Shown here in pieces: positions 1 to 12,500 of a stretch of DNA of 64,000 nt (its first letter is position 1; each line of letters begins with the position of its first letter). Both the position numbers and the translations under genes were made by a program. The notes beneath the pieces are model-generated. The model was not told the origin of the DNA and did no database searches. It was given only the letters and a program-made list of their open reading frames with translations. Source of the stretch: Squalus acanthias (lineage: Eukaryota); NCBI GenBank assembly GCA_030390025.1, contig CM059449.1:7316001-7380000 (forward strand), in the 5' to 3' direction.

Positions 1-1910
1 AACAAACCCAGAGAAAAACACACCAGGCGTATCTAAAAATGAGGTGCCAACCTGGGGAAGCTGCAACACAGGGCTACATGCATGCTAAAAAGCGGAAGCA
101 GTATGCTATAGACAGGGCTAAGCGATCCCACAATCAATGGATCAGATCAAAGCTCTGCAGTCCTGCCACATCCAGTCATGAATGGTGGTGGACCATTAAA
201 CAACTAACGGGAGGATGAGGCTCCATGAATATTGCCATCCTCAATGATGGTGGAGCCCAGCACATGAGTGAAAAAGACAAGGCTGAAGCATTTGCAACCA
301 TCTTCAGCCTGAAGTGCCGAGTGGATGATCCATATTGGCCTACTCCTGAGGTCCCCACCATCACAGAAGCCAGTCTTCAGCCAATTCGATTCACTCCACG
401 TGATATCAAGAAACGGCTGAGTGCACTGGATACAGCAAAGGCTATGGGCCCTGACAACATCCCGGCTATCGTGCTGAAGACTTGTGCTCCTGAACTAGCC
501 GCGCCTCTAGCCAAGCTGTTCCAGTACAGCTGCAACACTGGCATCTATCCAACAATGTGAAAAACAGCCCCGGTATGTCCTGTCCACAAAAAGCAGGACA
601 AATCCAACCCGGCCAATTTCCACCCCATCAGTCTACCCTCAATCATCAGCAAAGTGATGGAAGGTGTCATCGACAGTACTAGCAAGCGTCACTTACTCAC
701 CAATAACCTGTTCACTGATGCCTAGTTTGGGTTCCGCCAAGACCACTCGGCTCCCGACCTCATTACAGCCTTGGTCCAAACATGGACAAACATCAAGGCA
801 GCATTTGACCGAGTGTGGCATCAAGGAGGCCTAGTAAAACTGAAGTCAATGGGAATTGGGGGCAAAACTCTCCACTGGTTGGAGTCATACCTAGCATAAA
901 GGAAGATGGTTGTGGTGGTTGAAGGTCAATCATCACAGACCCAGGACATCGCTAAGGGCAGTGTCCGAGGCCCAACCATCTTCAGCTGCTTCATCAATGA
1001 CCTTTCCTCCAACATAAGATCAGAAATGGGGATGTTCACTGATAACTGCACAGTGTTCAGCGCAATTCACAATTCCTCAGATAATGAAGCAGTCCATACC
1101 TGCATGCAACATGACATGGATGACGTTCAGGCTTGGGCTGATAAGTGGCAGGTAACATTCGTGCCACAGAAGTGACAGGCAATGACTATCTCCAACAAGC
1201 GAAATTCTAACCACCGCCCCATGACATTCAACGGCATTACCATCGCTGAATCCCCCACCATCAACATCCTGGGGGTCACGTTTGACCAGAAACTTAACTG
1301 GACCAGTCACATAAATACTGTGGCAACAAGAGCAGGTCAGAGGCTAGGTATTCTGCGGCGAGTGTCTCACGTCCTGACTCCCCAAAGCCTTTCCACCATC
1401 TACAAGGCACAAGTAAGGGGTGTGATGGAATACTCTCCACTTGCCTGGATGAGTGCAGCTCCAACAACACTCAAGAAGCTCAACACCATCCAGGTCAAAG
1501 CAGCCCGCTTGAGTGGCACCCCATCCACCACCTTAAACATTCACTCCCTCCACCACCGGTGTACCGTGGCTGCAGTGTGTACCATCTACAAGATGCACTG
1601 CAGGAACTCGCCAAGGCTTCTTCGGCAGCACCTCCCAAACCAACGACCTCTTCCACCTAGAAGGACAAGGTCAGCTGACGCATGGGAACACCACCACCTC
1701 CAAGTTTCCCATAAGTCACACACCATCCTGCCAATCCCTGGGTCAAAATCCTGGAACCCTCCCTAACAGCACTGTGGGAGCACCTTCACCACATGGATTG
1801 CAGTGGTTCAAGAAGGCGGCTCACCACCACCTTCTCAGCGGCAATTAGGGATGGGGAATAAATACTGGCCTTGCCAGCGACACCCACATCCCATAAACGA
1901 ATAAAAGAAA
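1..1910 (+). mobile_element. Degenerate CR1-group LINE, RT region and 3' end (lineage with GCAATTAGGGATGGGCAATAAATGCTGG tail)
   Basis: KAMGPDNIP, GSVRGPTIFSCFIND and later RT motifs with stops/frameshifts; 3' tail ends in an A-rich run. Confidence 0.9.
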
Positions 1911-2362
1911 CAAAGGTTCATTTGATTGATTCCTCGGATGAGGGTTGTCCGATGAGCAGAGATTGAGCCTATACTCTCAGGAGTTTAGAAGAATCTCTTT
2001 GAAACATATAAAATATTCTGTGGGGGTTTGACAGGATAAATACTGAGAAATTGCATCCCCTGGCTGGAGAGTCTAGAACTAGGGGGCATAGTCTCAAGAT
2101 AAGGGGTCACCCATTTAAGACTGAGGTGAGGAATTTCTTCACTCAGAGGGTTGTGAATCTTTGGAATTCTCTGCCCCAAAGTGCTGTGGATGCTGAGTCC
2201 TTGATTATATTCAAGGCTGAGATCGATAGATTTTTGGACTCCAGAGGAATCAAGGGATATGGGAAGTGGAGTTGAGGTCGAGGATCAGCCTGATCTTATT
2301 GAATGGCAGAGCAGGTTCGGGGGGGCCATATGTACGGCCTACTCCTGTTCCTGATTCTTATG
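1911..2362 (+). mobile_element. CR1/L3 (HER1-like) LINE 3' fragment
   Basis: TRGHSLKI...[17 protein letters not shown]-terminus plus CR1 3' UTR. Confidence 0.9.
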
Positions 2363-3786
2363 TTGAGGCCTTCCGAGACCGGTGGGCACCGCAGGGACTG
2401 GAGGGTGTGGTGGATGTCTATGCAGTGGGTGGGTCGGTCGCAAGTGGCAGTGACCTGCGGGAGGGAGTGCGAATTGGTGTGGGCACTGGGGATGATTTGG
2501 AGACTACCGCCAGTGAGACGGTGGATTCCCTAGTTCCCCCAACCAATTCCCCCCCTCATTCCCACTGAGGAACTCCAGGAGTTTCATCGGAGGAACCATT
2601 TTCACTGCAACACGGTCCAGCTGGCTGTCGACCATTGGTCAGAGCTGCCGTTGCTCATCCAGTCCGTCCCGCCGCCGTCAAGACCTTGCGCATGGGCGAG
2701 GATGTTGACTAGGTTGAGCTGTGGTAGCTGAAACACCTCCTCACTGGGTTGCCTGAGGGTGCAGGGGTCAGGTAGTGGCCCCACTCCCCCGTCACATTGT
2801 TGGTGTTTTGGCCGAGGTTGCACTCGGCTTTTGTCTTGAAGATAGCCTTAGCCAGCCTCAACATTAATGGCAGCAGAGAGGCCCACCGCAGATTCAGCAA
2901 CTGCTCAGTCCTTCGGGAAGGGAAGTATGCAGTGTGCTTCCTTCAGGAAACCCACACCACTCTGGGAGACAAAGCCAAATGTAATCCTGGAGTGGAGAGG
3001 GGGGTCTACATGTATCACCTTGCCATGACTTCAAGCGGGGTGGCTATATTGTTGGCACCACATTTTCAACTGGACATCTTAGGGATCAGGGAGCTGGTGC
3101 CAGGTCGCTTGCTCCATCTCGCTGTTTGCCTTGGGGATGTGCCACTTCACTTATTGAATGTGTACGGACCCCAGGCCGGTGCTCATAAAGTACGCTTTTT
3201 TGAAGAAGTGTCCACTTACCTCGACTCCATCGAAGCTAGCAAATGCATAATCCTCGGGAGTGGATTTTATCTGCACCCTCGAGGCCCGGGACCGCTCCGA
3301 CCTTCCATAGAGACTGTCATCAATGGAGAGGTTGAGGGACCTGGTCCAGTCCTTCGGCTTGGTGGTCGTCTGATGAAGTCTCCATCCCGACTCCATCACC
3401 TTCACTTTCTTGGGGACTGGAGGAGAGTGGACCAGAATTGACCGCCATTCCATTTCCTGGGCGCACGTCTCCTGCGTTCCATCAACTTCCATGCGGCCGG
3501 TGCCGTGCTCAGATCACTACCTGCTGTGGATGGAGCTTGTTCTACTTCGTGTGCGGGTGGGGTCCGCGTACTGGCACTTCAACAACCTGCTTCTGAGGAC
3601 CAACGGTTCCGGGAGTCGTTCCATCACTTTTGGGTCCGCTGGAGAAGGAAGAAGTGGGATTTCTCCTCCTTGAGGCTATGGTTGAATGTGGGTAAGGCTC
3701 ATGACCGTCTCTTCTGTCAAGAGTACGCAAAGGGGTCTGAAATCAGGCGGTTGGAGAAGGAGGTGCCTGGTCTGGAGTCCTGTTGA
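2363..3786 (+). mobile_element. Tx1-like (L1 clade) LINE fragments: ORF2 C-terminal piece followed by an APE endonuclease region
   Basis: EAFRDRWAPQG; KIALASLNING, CFLQETH, SGVAILL, LLNVYGP, RIDR, SDH, WHFNN motifs with frameshifts. Confidence 0.85.
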
Positions 3787-4800
3787 TTGCTTTATTTAAA
3801 TAGGAGATCAAATCGAGGGACCACTGACATTGAGAAACTAAATCAAGGGACCACTTAGACAGAGACTATAAAATGGGAATCAGAGTGCCTCAGTATGGGG
3901 AATGGTCATGATGGAGAAACCAGCTCTAGTGAAAGAGAAAGGTGGGTAATGGGTGAAGCTCACGATGGAATCAGATGGTGATTGGTGGGACCTGCTGACA
4001 GGTTATTGTCAGAAGCCCTTTTCAGATAGCCCAATGACTGGCTGTAACCAGTATAAAACCGGGATCTGCCTGTTCTTGGGCCAAAATCCCAACGTCTAAT
4101 GTCCCTCATGTCTTTTTCTGTGAGAAATGTAGCAATTTCAATGAAGGTTGGAAATCGGACTTGTGGCAGAAGAAGATTCCTTGAATGAACAATTCATGAA
4201 CATGTTCTGTGACTTTTCTGTGTGAGACAAAAACATGAAATGCAAAAATGGCAGAAGGTCATCGAAAGAAACCTTGAAAGAAGCTAAGAGGAAGATATTT
4301 TGTTTGAGTGGAATAAAGCATGTAGATTGCCATGGGAAGGAAGGGCTCCTCTTTTCCCCTCTTGTAGTTTCCTCCCCACTGTGGGGGACCCAGAGATAAT
4401 ACTTACAAGGTGTGTGCAGCAGAGACTGTTATGTGCTTGTGGTTTCGAGCTAATAATCACTGGCCTACAAGTGATTCCAGTCCCACGCATGGTTCACTTG
4501 AAGTGGTCAAGCCATCCACTCAGTTGTATCAAACTGTTACCAGTGGTTCAAGAAGGTCCACCACCATCTTTTCAGGACAACTAGGGATGGACAATAAATC
4601 ACTTGCCAGTGATACCCATGTCCCGAGAATAAGTAAGAAAAAAAACAGTTGTGTGACAGGAAATCAAGCAAAATAGGTGCATTCCTGATTAGAATGGTAG
4701 GTGGCTCAGTGTCAAGCCCATTCTAACTTTGTGCCCTTTGTATTGGGGCTCATCCTATTCAGACACAGAGCAGTTTATGGGTGGATAGCAGACTATTTCC

Positions 4801-4921
4801 AAAAGCAAAATACTGCACATGCTGGAAATCTGAAATAAAAACAGAAAATGCTGGAAATACTTAGCATCTGTGGAGAGAGAAACAGAGTTAATGTTTCAGG
4901 TCGATGACCTTTCATCAGACT
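4801..4921 (-). mobile_element. Short Penelope-type repeat with minimal hammerhead motif
   Basis: Minus strand reads CTGATGA-AAGGTCATCGACCT-GAAA-CATT-AACT; related copies at about 18165-18272, 30175-30277, 43283-43400 and 54330-54465. Confidence 0.7.
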
Positions 4922-5297
4922 ATTTCCAGTGGTTAAGGGATCAAGAACAAGGGGCTATAGATGCAAGATTAAATGTAAGAGATTTAGAACGAGGTAAGAT
5001 AAACTGCTTTGCACAGAGAGTTGTGAGGCTGTGGAATTCGCTTCCAGTGTCAGTGGTTGAGGCACAATGTTCTGGTGTGACAAGTGGTTCTTACACTTTT
5101 ACCCAAGACAGGCTTCAGCCCAGTCAAAGGGTTGGAATTCAAAAGTGTAGAACGTAGCTCAGAAAATAACTATAGTACTGTCGTGAAACATATTCACACA
5201 GTCTTCACTTTATTAATTAAATACATGTGTTGAAGTGACAAATTATTAATCCTCTGGGGATTATCGTTCAAAGAGCAACTTTCGTGCGATTACACAT

Positions 5298-5886
5298 GAG
5301 ACCAGCCCAAACACCACTTGTGAGGAACGAGTGACTTTTACTCAATTCGGTAACTCAGTGAAAAACGAAAGTAAATGTTTTCAGGGACGAGCTGCTGCGA
5401 ACGTGCTTCCGCCTTACAGACCTGGTGGAAAAAGGCGGAAAATCTTCGATCAGATTGTCGGAAAGTAAGAGGTGAGTCCCAAATATTTTTCATTTCAGGG
5501 AAAGGTTTCATTCCCAGTGGGATTGGGCTGCTTTTATTAATGGTGAAAGGTCCCAATTTAATACAAGGCGTTGAACAGGAACCTGCTGGAGATTGTCCAG
5601 CGAAACGTTGAAAACTTTATAAAATGTTTCTTATCACCTTAACAGTGTCTCGAACTGGGTCCTATCGGTATTAGGGAACTGTAGGAAGAGGTCATTTTAG
5701 ACACAAACCGTCAGAGTCAAAGAGAGCGACCAGAGAGAGAGAGTCGGAAGTGAAAGGGAGGAACATAATCTTGCGACGGCCATTAAATGAAACCGCACCC
5801 GCTGGGAGTTTACATTCAAAATCAAAGAGTTCAGACCCTGTAGATAGTTGCACTATCTCCTCTCTTGAAAGAAACCTTTAATTCAA
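5298..5886 (+). promoter_or_regulatory. Putative promoter and non-coding exon 1 of BTN gene 1 (donor AG|GTGAGT at 5472), with IRF-like and Ets-IRF motifs
   Basis: Lies about 0.5-1.1 kb upstream of the signal exon; strong donor; GAAAAACGAAAGT at 5360-5372; GGAAGTGAAA at 5746-5755; the block recurs upstream of gene 2. Confidence 0.65.
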
Positions 5887-5889
5887 GAG

Positions 5890-6078
5890 GCTCTCCTGTG
5901 CTAAAACCACCCTACTATTGCACATCCCCGGATTTTCATTACTCCACCATTGGCGGCCGTGCCTTCAGCTGCCTGGGCTCTAAGGTCTGGAATTCCCTCC
6001 CTGAACCTCTCCTCCTTTCGAGATGATCCTCAAAACTTACCTGTTCGACCAAGCTTTTGCCCACCTGTCCTAATATGC
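5890..6078 (+). mobile_element. L2-like LINE 3' fragment
   Basis: IGGRAFSCLGSKVWNSLP...LKTYLFDQAF-type C-terminus. Confidence 0.7.
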
Positions 6079-6455
6079 GGCCCTTCACCTTGGTTTCTCA
6101 ATTAAAAGGATACTCGTGCTGTTTTTAAAAAACATCTTTTCTATTGTGACAAAATAAATGTAATAATCCGTAAAGTCAAGCATCTGAAAGCGGAATTCTA
6201 TTAATCTGCAAAACTCGGAATGTTTTCACAGAGTTATTGAACTAATTTCACAGTAGAGTTTATTTGGCCATAAAAAGGGGTAAATCTGTGGCGTCAGAGT
6301 TTTACATTTTACCAGAAAATTGGTAGAAGTGCCACACAGTCTGTTTAACAATGGCATGTTAATACTGCAGGTATAGCATAAGATTTATAACATAATGAGA
6401 ACTGTATCGATTTTCTGTGTATCAGGGATGGTTATTCTGCTAAGATATCACAAAG

Positions 6456-6513
6456 ATGGAAGAAACTCACCTCATTGTGCTTTTACTCCTTGGGATTTTG
6501 TTCTCTGTATATG
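6456..6513 (+). CDS. BTN gene 1 signal-peptide exon ([20 protein letters not shown]); exon starts at 6426
   Basis: Acceptor tttctgtgtatcAG at 6424-6425, ATG at 6456 in AAGATGG context, hydrophobic core, donor G|GTAAG at 6514; joins in frame to the IgV exon. Confidence 0.9.
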
Positions 6514-9500
6514 GTAAGAATATTAACATTTATTCATTTAATTATATTTATTGATAATATGCAATGCACGACATAGTATTCTGCTGTGAAGGTGGAACTG
6601 TCTCAAGATTGCAAAGACTAATTATTAAGTAAACATAGGCCGTTTCAGAATTTAACTGTTGCTTGGTCAGGAGTCTTTCTTTGCTCATCAGTCTGGAGGT
6701 TAGAAAGGCAGTTCAGGAGAAACCAGCATCTTAAAATTGTTTTGCAGGTGTAACAAATGCACAAAGTCTGACATGCTTGCAATGAAGTACTATTTTTTAA
6801 TAATATTACAGGAACTATCATGTTTCAAGATTTCAGACTGCAAGGAGGGGGAGATGAGAACATTAGTGTACTATATGTTGAAAATGCTGGTATTGAGCTA
6901 AACCTAGCTCTCAACAAAGAGTTAAATCACAGGCCAGCAGGGCTGGTGGGTGTAAATTAGGTTTCAGATAGAGGATCTAAACCATCATCTTTCAGACAAT
7001 GAAAGTTAGTTGTTGCTATGGCAATCCTATTCATTTGAATTTAGCAGACATCATTGTCAAGTTAACTTGGACTCTTTAGGGGGAGGGCAGGTGGAGCTAG
7101 CTATTTTGACTAAAATCTAATGCTGGAGTCAAACTTTTAAGAGGAGAGACAGAGAAAAAAAGGCTTTTGGAAAGGAAACTGCACAGGCAGTCTGATAGCA
7201 AAAAGCCGTAATAAGAGAGGAGACTGCAGGGACAGGAGGTTCTGGTCTAGACTGTAGACCAGAATGCAGAGGGACTATTCTGATTAAGTTAGACAACTCA
7301 CTGAAGAGCGCAGCATAGTGCATTCATTATTTATTCATGTGATCACACGGAGATAAGTTCTATCGATTTGAATTAAGTGAATCTGATCACAATTATTGTT
7401 CTGTATATTTGCCTTACTTTGGAATAAAGCAGATAATGCCTTGCCTAGTATTGACTCGGTCCGCTGTCAGATTGAAGAAATGCATATGCGAAAAACACAG
7501 ATGTGGTCCATATCGCAAGGAGTTGCATTGTTACCCGCTATTGTATGAATAGTTATAAAACAGTTGAAGTTCATTCCCATAAAATTAAGATGCTTGGACC
7601 ACTTATGACAGTGACTGACAGTCTAGAACACAATGTATTATTGTGCTGAAGTATAGATGTGTGACCCTATAAGTCTAATTGCTGTTAAGTAATCATTGGG
7701 CAAGGTTCATTAAGGACACTTAATAGTAAGCAAGGCTACTAATTTATAGTTTCTCTGTAATTATGGACATAATTGAGAGGTCGCACAACACCAGGTTATA
7801 GTCCAACAGTTTTATTTGAAATCACAAGCTTTCGGAGCTATCGATTGCCCCTTCTTCACCTGAGGAAGGGGCAATCGATAGCTCCGAAAGCTTGTGATTT
7901 CAAATAAAACTGTTGGACTATAACCTGGTGTTGTGCGACCTCTCAATTTTGTCCACCCCAGTCCAACACCGGCATCTCCGCATCATTATGGACATAGTCA
8001 TGGAAATTGAGCTAAAAATATGACTACTGCTCCCACAAAACAAATGCAATTTGATTTATTTACTCACTGTAAATCAATGGCCCTGATGATCTATTTGATG
8101 CTATGTGGGATAAAACAGTATATCTGCTTATTCACTGTGAGCAATGCCATTGGAGATCTGCTGTTTACATATTTGTTCCACTCTTCTGAAAGTCTTTTCT
8201 TATGCCCACATATGTTGTTAATCACGTTCCTGTTCCACTGTCACCAAGTTCCCTTCTCTCCCTCGACTTCACTCACATGCTGTTTCGTCTTCATTTTGCA
8301 CTTTAATTCTGCACTCTGCCTTTCCTAACAACCAATAGCTGAACAGAACAAGAGACAACTAAAAGACATAAGTGTGCATAATATCTCTCCCTATAACATG
8401 AAAGGATTATAGATTAATTTAATAGATGTATTTTCCCTTTAACTGTGCTTGACTATATAATCTAGGCTGACACAATGTAGGGAGTCCTACACCGTCAGGG
8501 ATGCCATCTTTCAGATCAGACATTAACTGAGATCCTGTCTGCCTCAGACCTCATGACACTATTCACAGAAGAGCAGGGTGTTTTCCTGATGTTCTGGCTT
8601 ACATGTCACTCTCAACTAACATCACCAAGAACAGTTTACCTGGTCATTCATTCATTTTGCTGTTGTTGGAACCTTGTTTTCTGCAAATATGCTGCCACGC
8701 ATACTCACAGTCGCTGGCTGTTGTGCACTTCAAAAGTAATCCACTGGTTTCAACATCCTGAGGATGTGATCAGGAGCTATATAAATACACGTTTGTTCTT
8801 CTCCCTTTCTCTCTAATATACTTAGACATGCACAGAAAATATGAATTAAAAACTATAGAGAGCTCCCTGATTAATAATTTGTTTGGTATTAAATTAGAAA
8901 TATTTATTGACTGAGTTCATAGTCTCTCTTCCAAAAAAGATTTTTAAAAACCCTTTTCTTCCAACAGCTACATAGAGTAATAGATTTTATGTTCTGTTCA
9001 AATTAAGGACATTTGTTTATAATTGTTTAAGAGGGGATTCTAATGACAACACTTATTTTTAAATGTAAGAATTAAGACAAGTGAAGTAATTTCATCCCCA
9101 ATAATTCAACAGGTAAATTCAGTGTTACTGGACCAACTCATCCTGTTGTAGCCATTGTGGGTGAAGATGTTCTGTTGGAATGTCAGCTTGTGCCAGATAT
9201 ATCCGTCAGCAACATGGTGGTGCGATGGCTTAAATCAGACCTTGGTTTAGCAGTACACATGTACAGAAACGGAGAAGATGATACTGCTGCTCAGGATCAT
9301 GATTACAGGGGAAGGACTGAACTGTTTAAAGATGAACTGACCAAAGGAAACGTTTCTCTTAGAATAAAGAACACAAGGGTGTTTGATGAGGGGAAATACA
9401 TATGTTTAGTTGATGATGAAACAGATTTTGAAGAAACTGTGATCGAGCTGAAAGTTGGAGGTTAGTGAACACATCTACTTACATGCTAATAACATTGGGA

Positions 9501-12500
9501 AAACAACAATTTTTTAAAACTAATTTTTTGGTCAAACTTCAAGTGCTTTTTAAAAAAGATTTCTTCATTCCCTGTTATTTTTGTGCACTGTACATTTCAT
9601 AAAGAAAATACTTTCAGCACAGACTGGTTCAACAAGAGTATTCAAAAGGACAGAAACTAAGGGATGTTCAAATTAAGGGCATTTGTTTATAATTATTTAA
9701 TTAAGGAGAATTACTAAATACAGTCAAATTTAAGACATTCATTAAGTTAAAGTAATTCCATCACACAGAATTCACGACCATCATTACTGGTTTTATCCTA
9801 GCGTATGCTATCATTATTCTAGAAAATGAAGAATTAGAAAGCAAGTTAGGTTAGCTGCTTTCAGTGTTGTCTTTGAATGTGGTTTATCCTCCATATACTT
9901 AATCTTCATATTCTGCTCATTGCTGTTTCACTTGTTTTTAATCTTTAAAAATAGTATTCCCTTCACTGTGTAAGTATGGTATACCCTACAGGCTGACTAA
10001 TGAAAGAATCAGAGAGTAAATGTCTTCTTTTGAGCTTGTTTTAAGGTTCTTTGTAATCCAAGATTAAATGAAAAAAGGACGAACTTTCACAGAATCACAG
10101 AATCCCCACAGTACAGATAGAGGCCATTTCGGCCCATCGGGCCTGCACCGACACATATCCCACCGTATTTAATCCCCCTAACACTAAGGGTCAATTTATC
10201 ATAGCCAAATCAACCTAACCCGCACATCTTTGGACTGTGGGAGGAAACCCACGCAGACACGGGGAGAATGTGCAAACTCCACACAGACAGTCACCCGGGG
10301 CCGGATTCGAACCCGGGTCCCTGGCGCTGTGAGGTAACAGTGCTAACCACTATGCCACCGTGTTGCCCAATACACCTTTGCGCATTGCTGGTTGGAAAGG
10401 CTCTTCATCAGACACCTGAATGAGTGGTGGTTGTATAGTGGTTTTAGCCATTCAGTCACTGGTGATGTTGGCGGCATTTAAACATTTGACATGACCATGA
10501 TCATTGTCGGCCTAAATATCCATGGCAGCAGGCAACACCACTGCAGCTTTCGGAGTTCCTCAGTCCTGAAGGAAGTACTTGGTATGTTTCCTGCAAGAAA
10601 CCCACACTGCTAGAGGAGATAAGCTCAACTGGATCCTGCAGTGAGTGTACTTGAGCCTCCTGATCACAAATTGCAGTGCGGTAGCTAACTGGTTGGCCCC
10701 ATTTTTAGAGATATTGGTCATCAAGGAGGTAGCGAAAAGTCTCTTGCTTCATCTTGGCTTTCTTCACAGTGACCTGCCGCTTCACCCTTTGAACTTGCGT
10801 CCCGTGTGATGGCACAGAGGGAGTGCACTTCTTTACCAGGTGTTCACCTATTTCAATACCATTGATGCTGGCAAATGCATGCTCCTTGACAGGGTTTTCA
10901 ACTGCACAAATCCTGGTCTTGATAGGCCTGTATCATTGGTGGAAAGGTTTAGACACCCGCTTAAGTTTTTCACATCTGATGGTATCACCATCCTAACTCC
11001 AGCCCCTTCATGTAAATGCAAGACTCCAGATCACGTAGCTCCCTTCTATAGCCATCTGGGCATGAATCTCGCTTCTTGGTCAATGTCCTCATGTACTCTT
11101 GACAGAAGAGGACGATGTGAGCTTTGCCTACATTCTACCACCACAAGAAGGGGAAGCTCACTTCTCCCTCTTCCCGTTGGCCTAGAACCAATAAAACAAA
11201 TCCTGGAAGCACGGTCTTCCAAGGATGAGTTGTAAAAACACAAATACATTAACTCCACCATGGTACAAAACAGAGCAAACTTCATCGACACCAGGTGGGG
11301 AGGGAGGCTAAGATTGTCCATGGATGGCACTGGGTGCATCCCAGAAGACCGCATGAATGTAGGCAAATGTAGAATGCAGGCAAAGCTCACATCGTCCTCT
11401 TCTGTCAAGAGTACATGAGAACATTGACCAAGAAGTGAGATTCCTGCCCAGATGGCTATAGAAGGGAGCTACTTGATCTGGAGTCTTGCCTGGCTGTTGC
11501 CATCAAAGATCCAACCTTGCAGCAGGCTATACTATTGTCTCACTAGATGTTGGGACGTAAAGGTAAGCTCCTCATCATAAGGGATAAGAGGTCTAATTAC
11601 AGGAAAGACCAGTGTTACTGAACCTGAGAGTATCTACTGCCAACCTAAAATTTGTAACCAGTGCAGCTACAAATAGGAATTAATCAAATTGGAAAGGTCG
11701 TTACAATCCAAGGGAACTAGTTTTATTTTTATATCTGTATCTATCTATACATATAACAATAAAATGTGACTTGGATGAAGGCAGCAATAGCAAAACCTTC
11801 CAGATTTGTACATGAAACCAAAAGAGGAGGCAGTGTAAATAATGAGAAATGGTGCAACCCGAATCAAAAGGTTTGAGGTATTTTAGTTAAATAGGCCATT
11901 AGGTGGCAGATCCAGTTCAACATGAATATTTTATGTCTGGCAGCAAGGAACCTAAAAAGTTCGACCCTGAAATTCCTGGGCCTGGGAGGGTGAAACAAGA
12001 ACGGAGTGGGGGGTGGAATTTCACGTGACCCAGTTCCACCTGGTCTCCCTCTTCTTCCTGCCCTGCCTCTTCTTCCTGCCCTGCCTCTTTTACATTGCAA
12101 AATTCTATTCTGACATCATTGAAGAGGTGGGATTGGTGGGAAGATATCCTTCAGCAGAAATTCTGCTAGTTCCGTTTTTCCTGTAGCAGGGGAAAATATG
12201 CCTGCATGAAGCAGGTAGGTTTACCATACCAAAATGGAGTTGGTTTCCGATTAATTACCATTAGGAAAATTGCTGTAGCAAAATGGTTAATCTTAAAACT
12301 GTCTTTAGCCTAATTGCCCACCTGGCTCCCCTTCTTGAGGGGGTGGCAAGATGTTGCCCAAAATTCCTGCCTCTTCTTCCCCTGGGCAGATGCCCAAGGA
12401 CTGTTGTGAATGGTGCAGTGCCTGTCTCCTTTATGTAAAGGACTCCTTTCCCTGGATTTGGGGTGGGGTCAATACCAGGTCATTCTGGTGGTTAGAAGTC

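Noticed and set aside
6428-6430. First ATG of exon 2 as the BTN start codon
   Set aside because: It is out of frame with IgV and gives no signal peptide; treated as a uORF.
10295-10368. tRNA gene
   Set aside because: The A and B boxes belong to the head of an HE1/V-SINE, with a V domain and CR1 tail attached.
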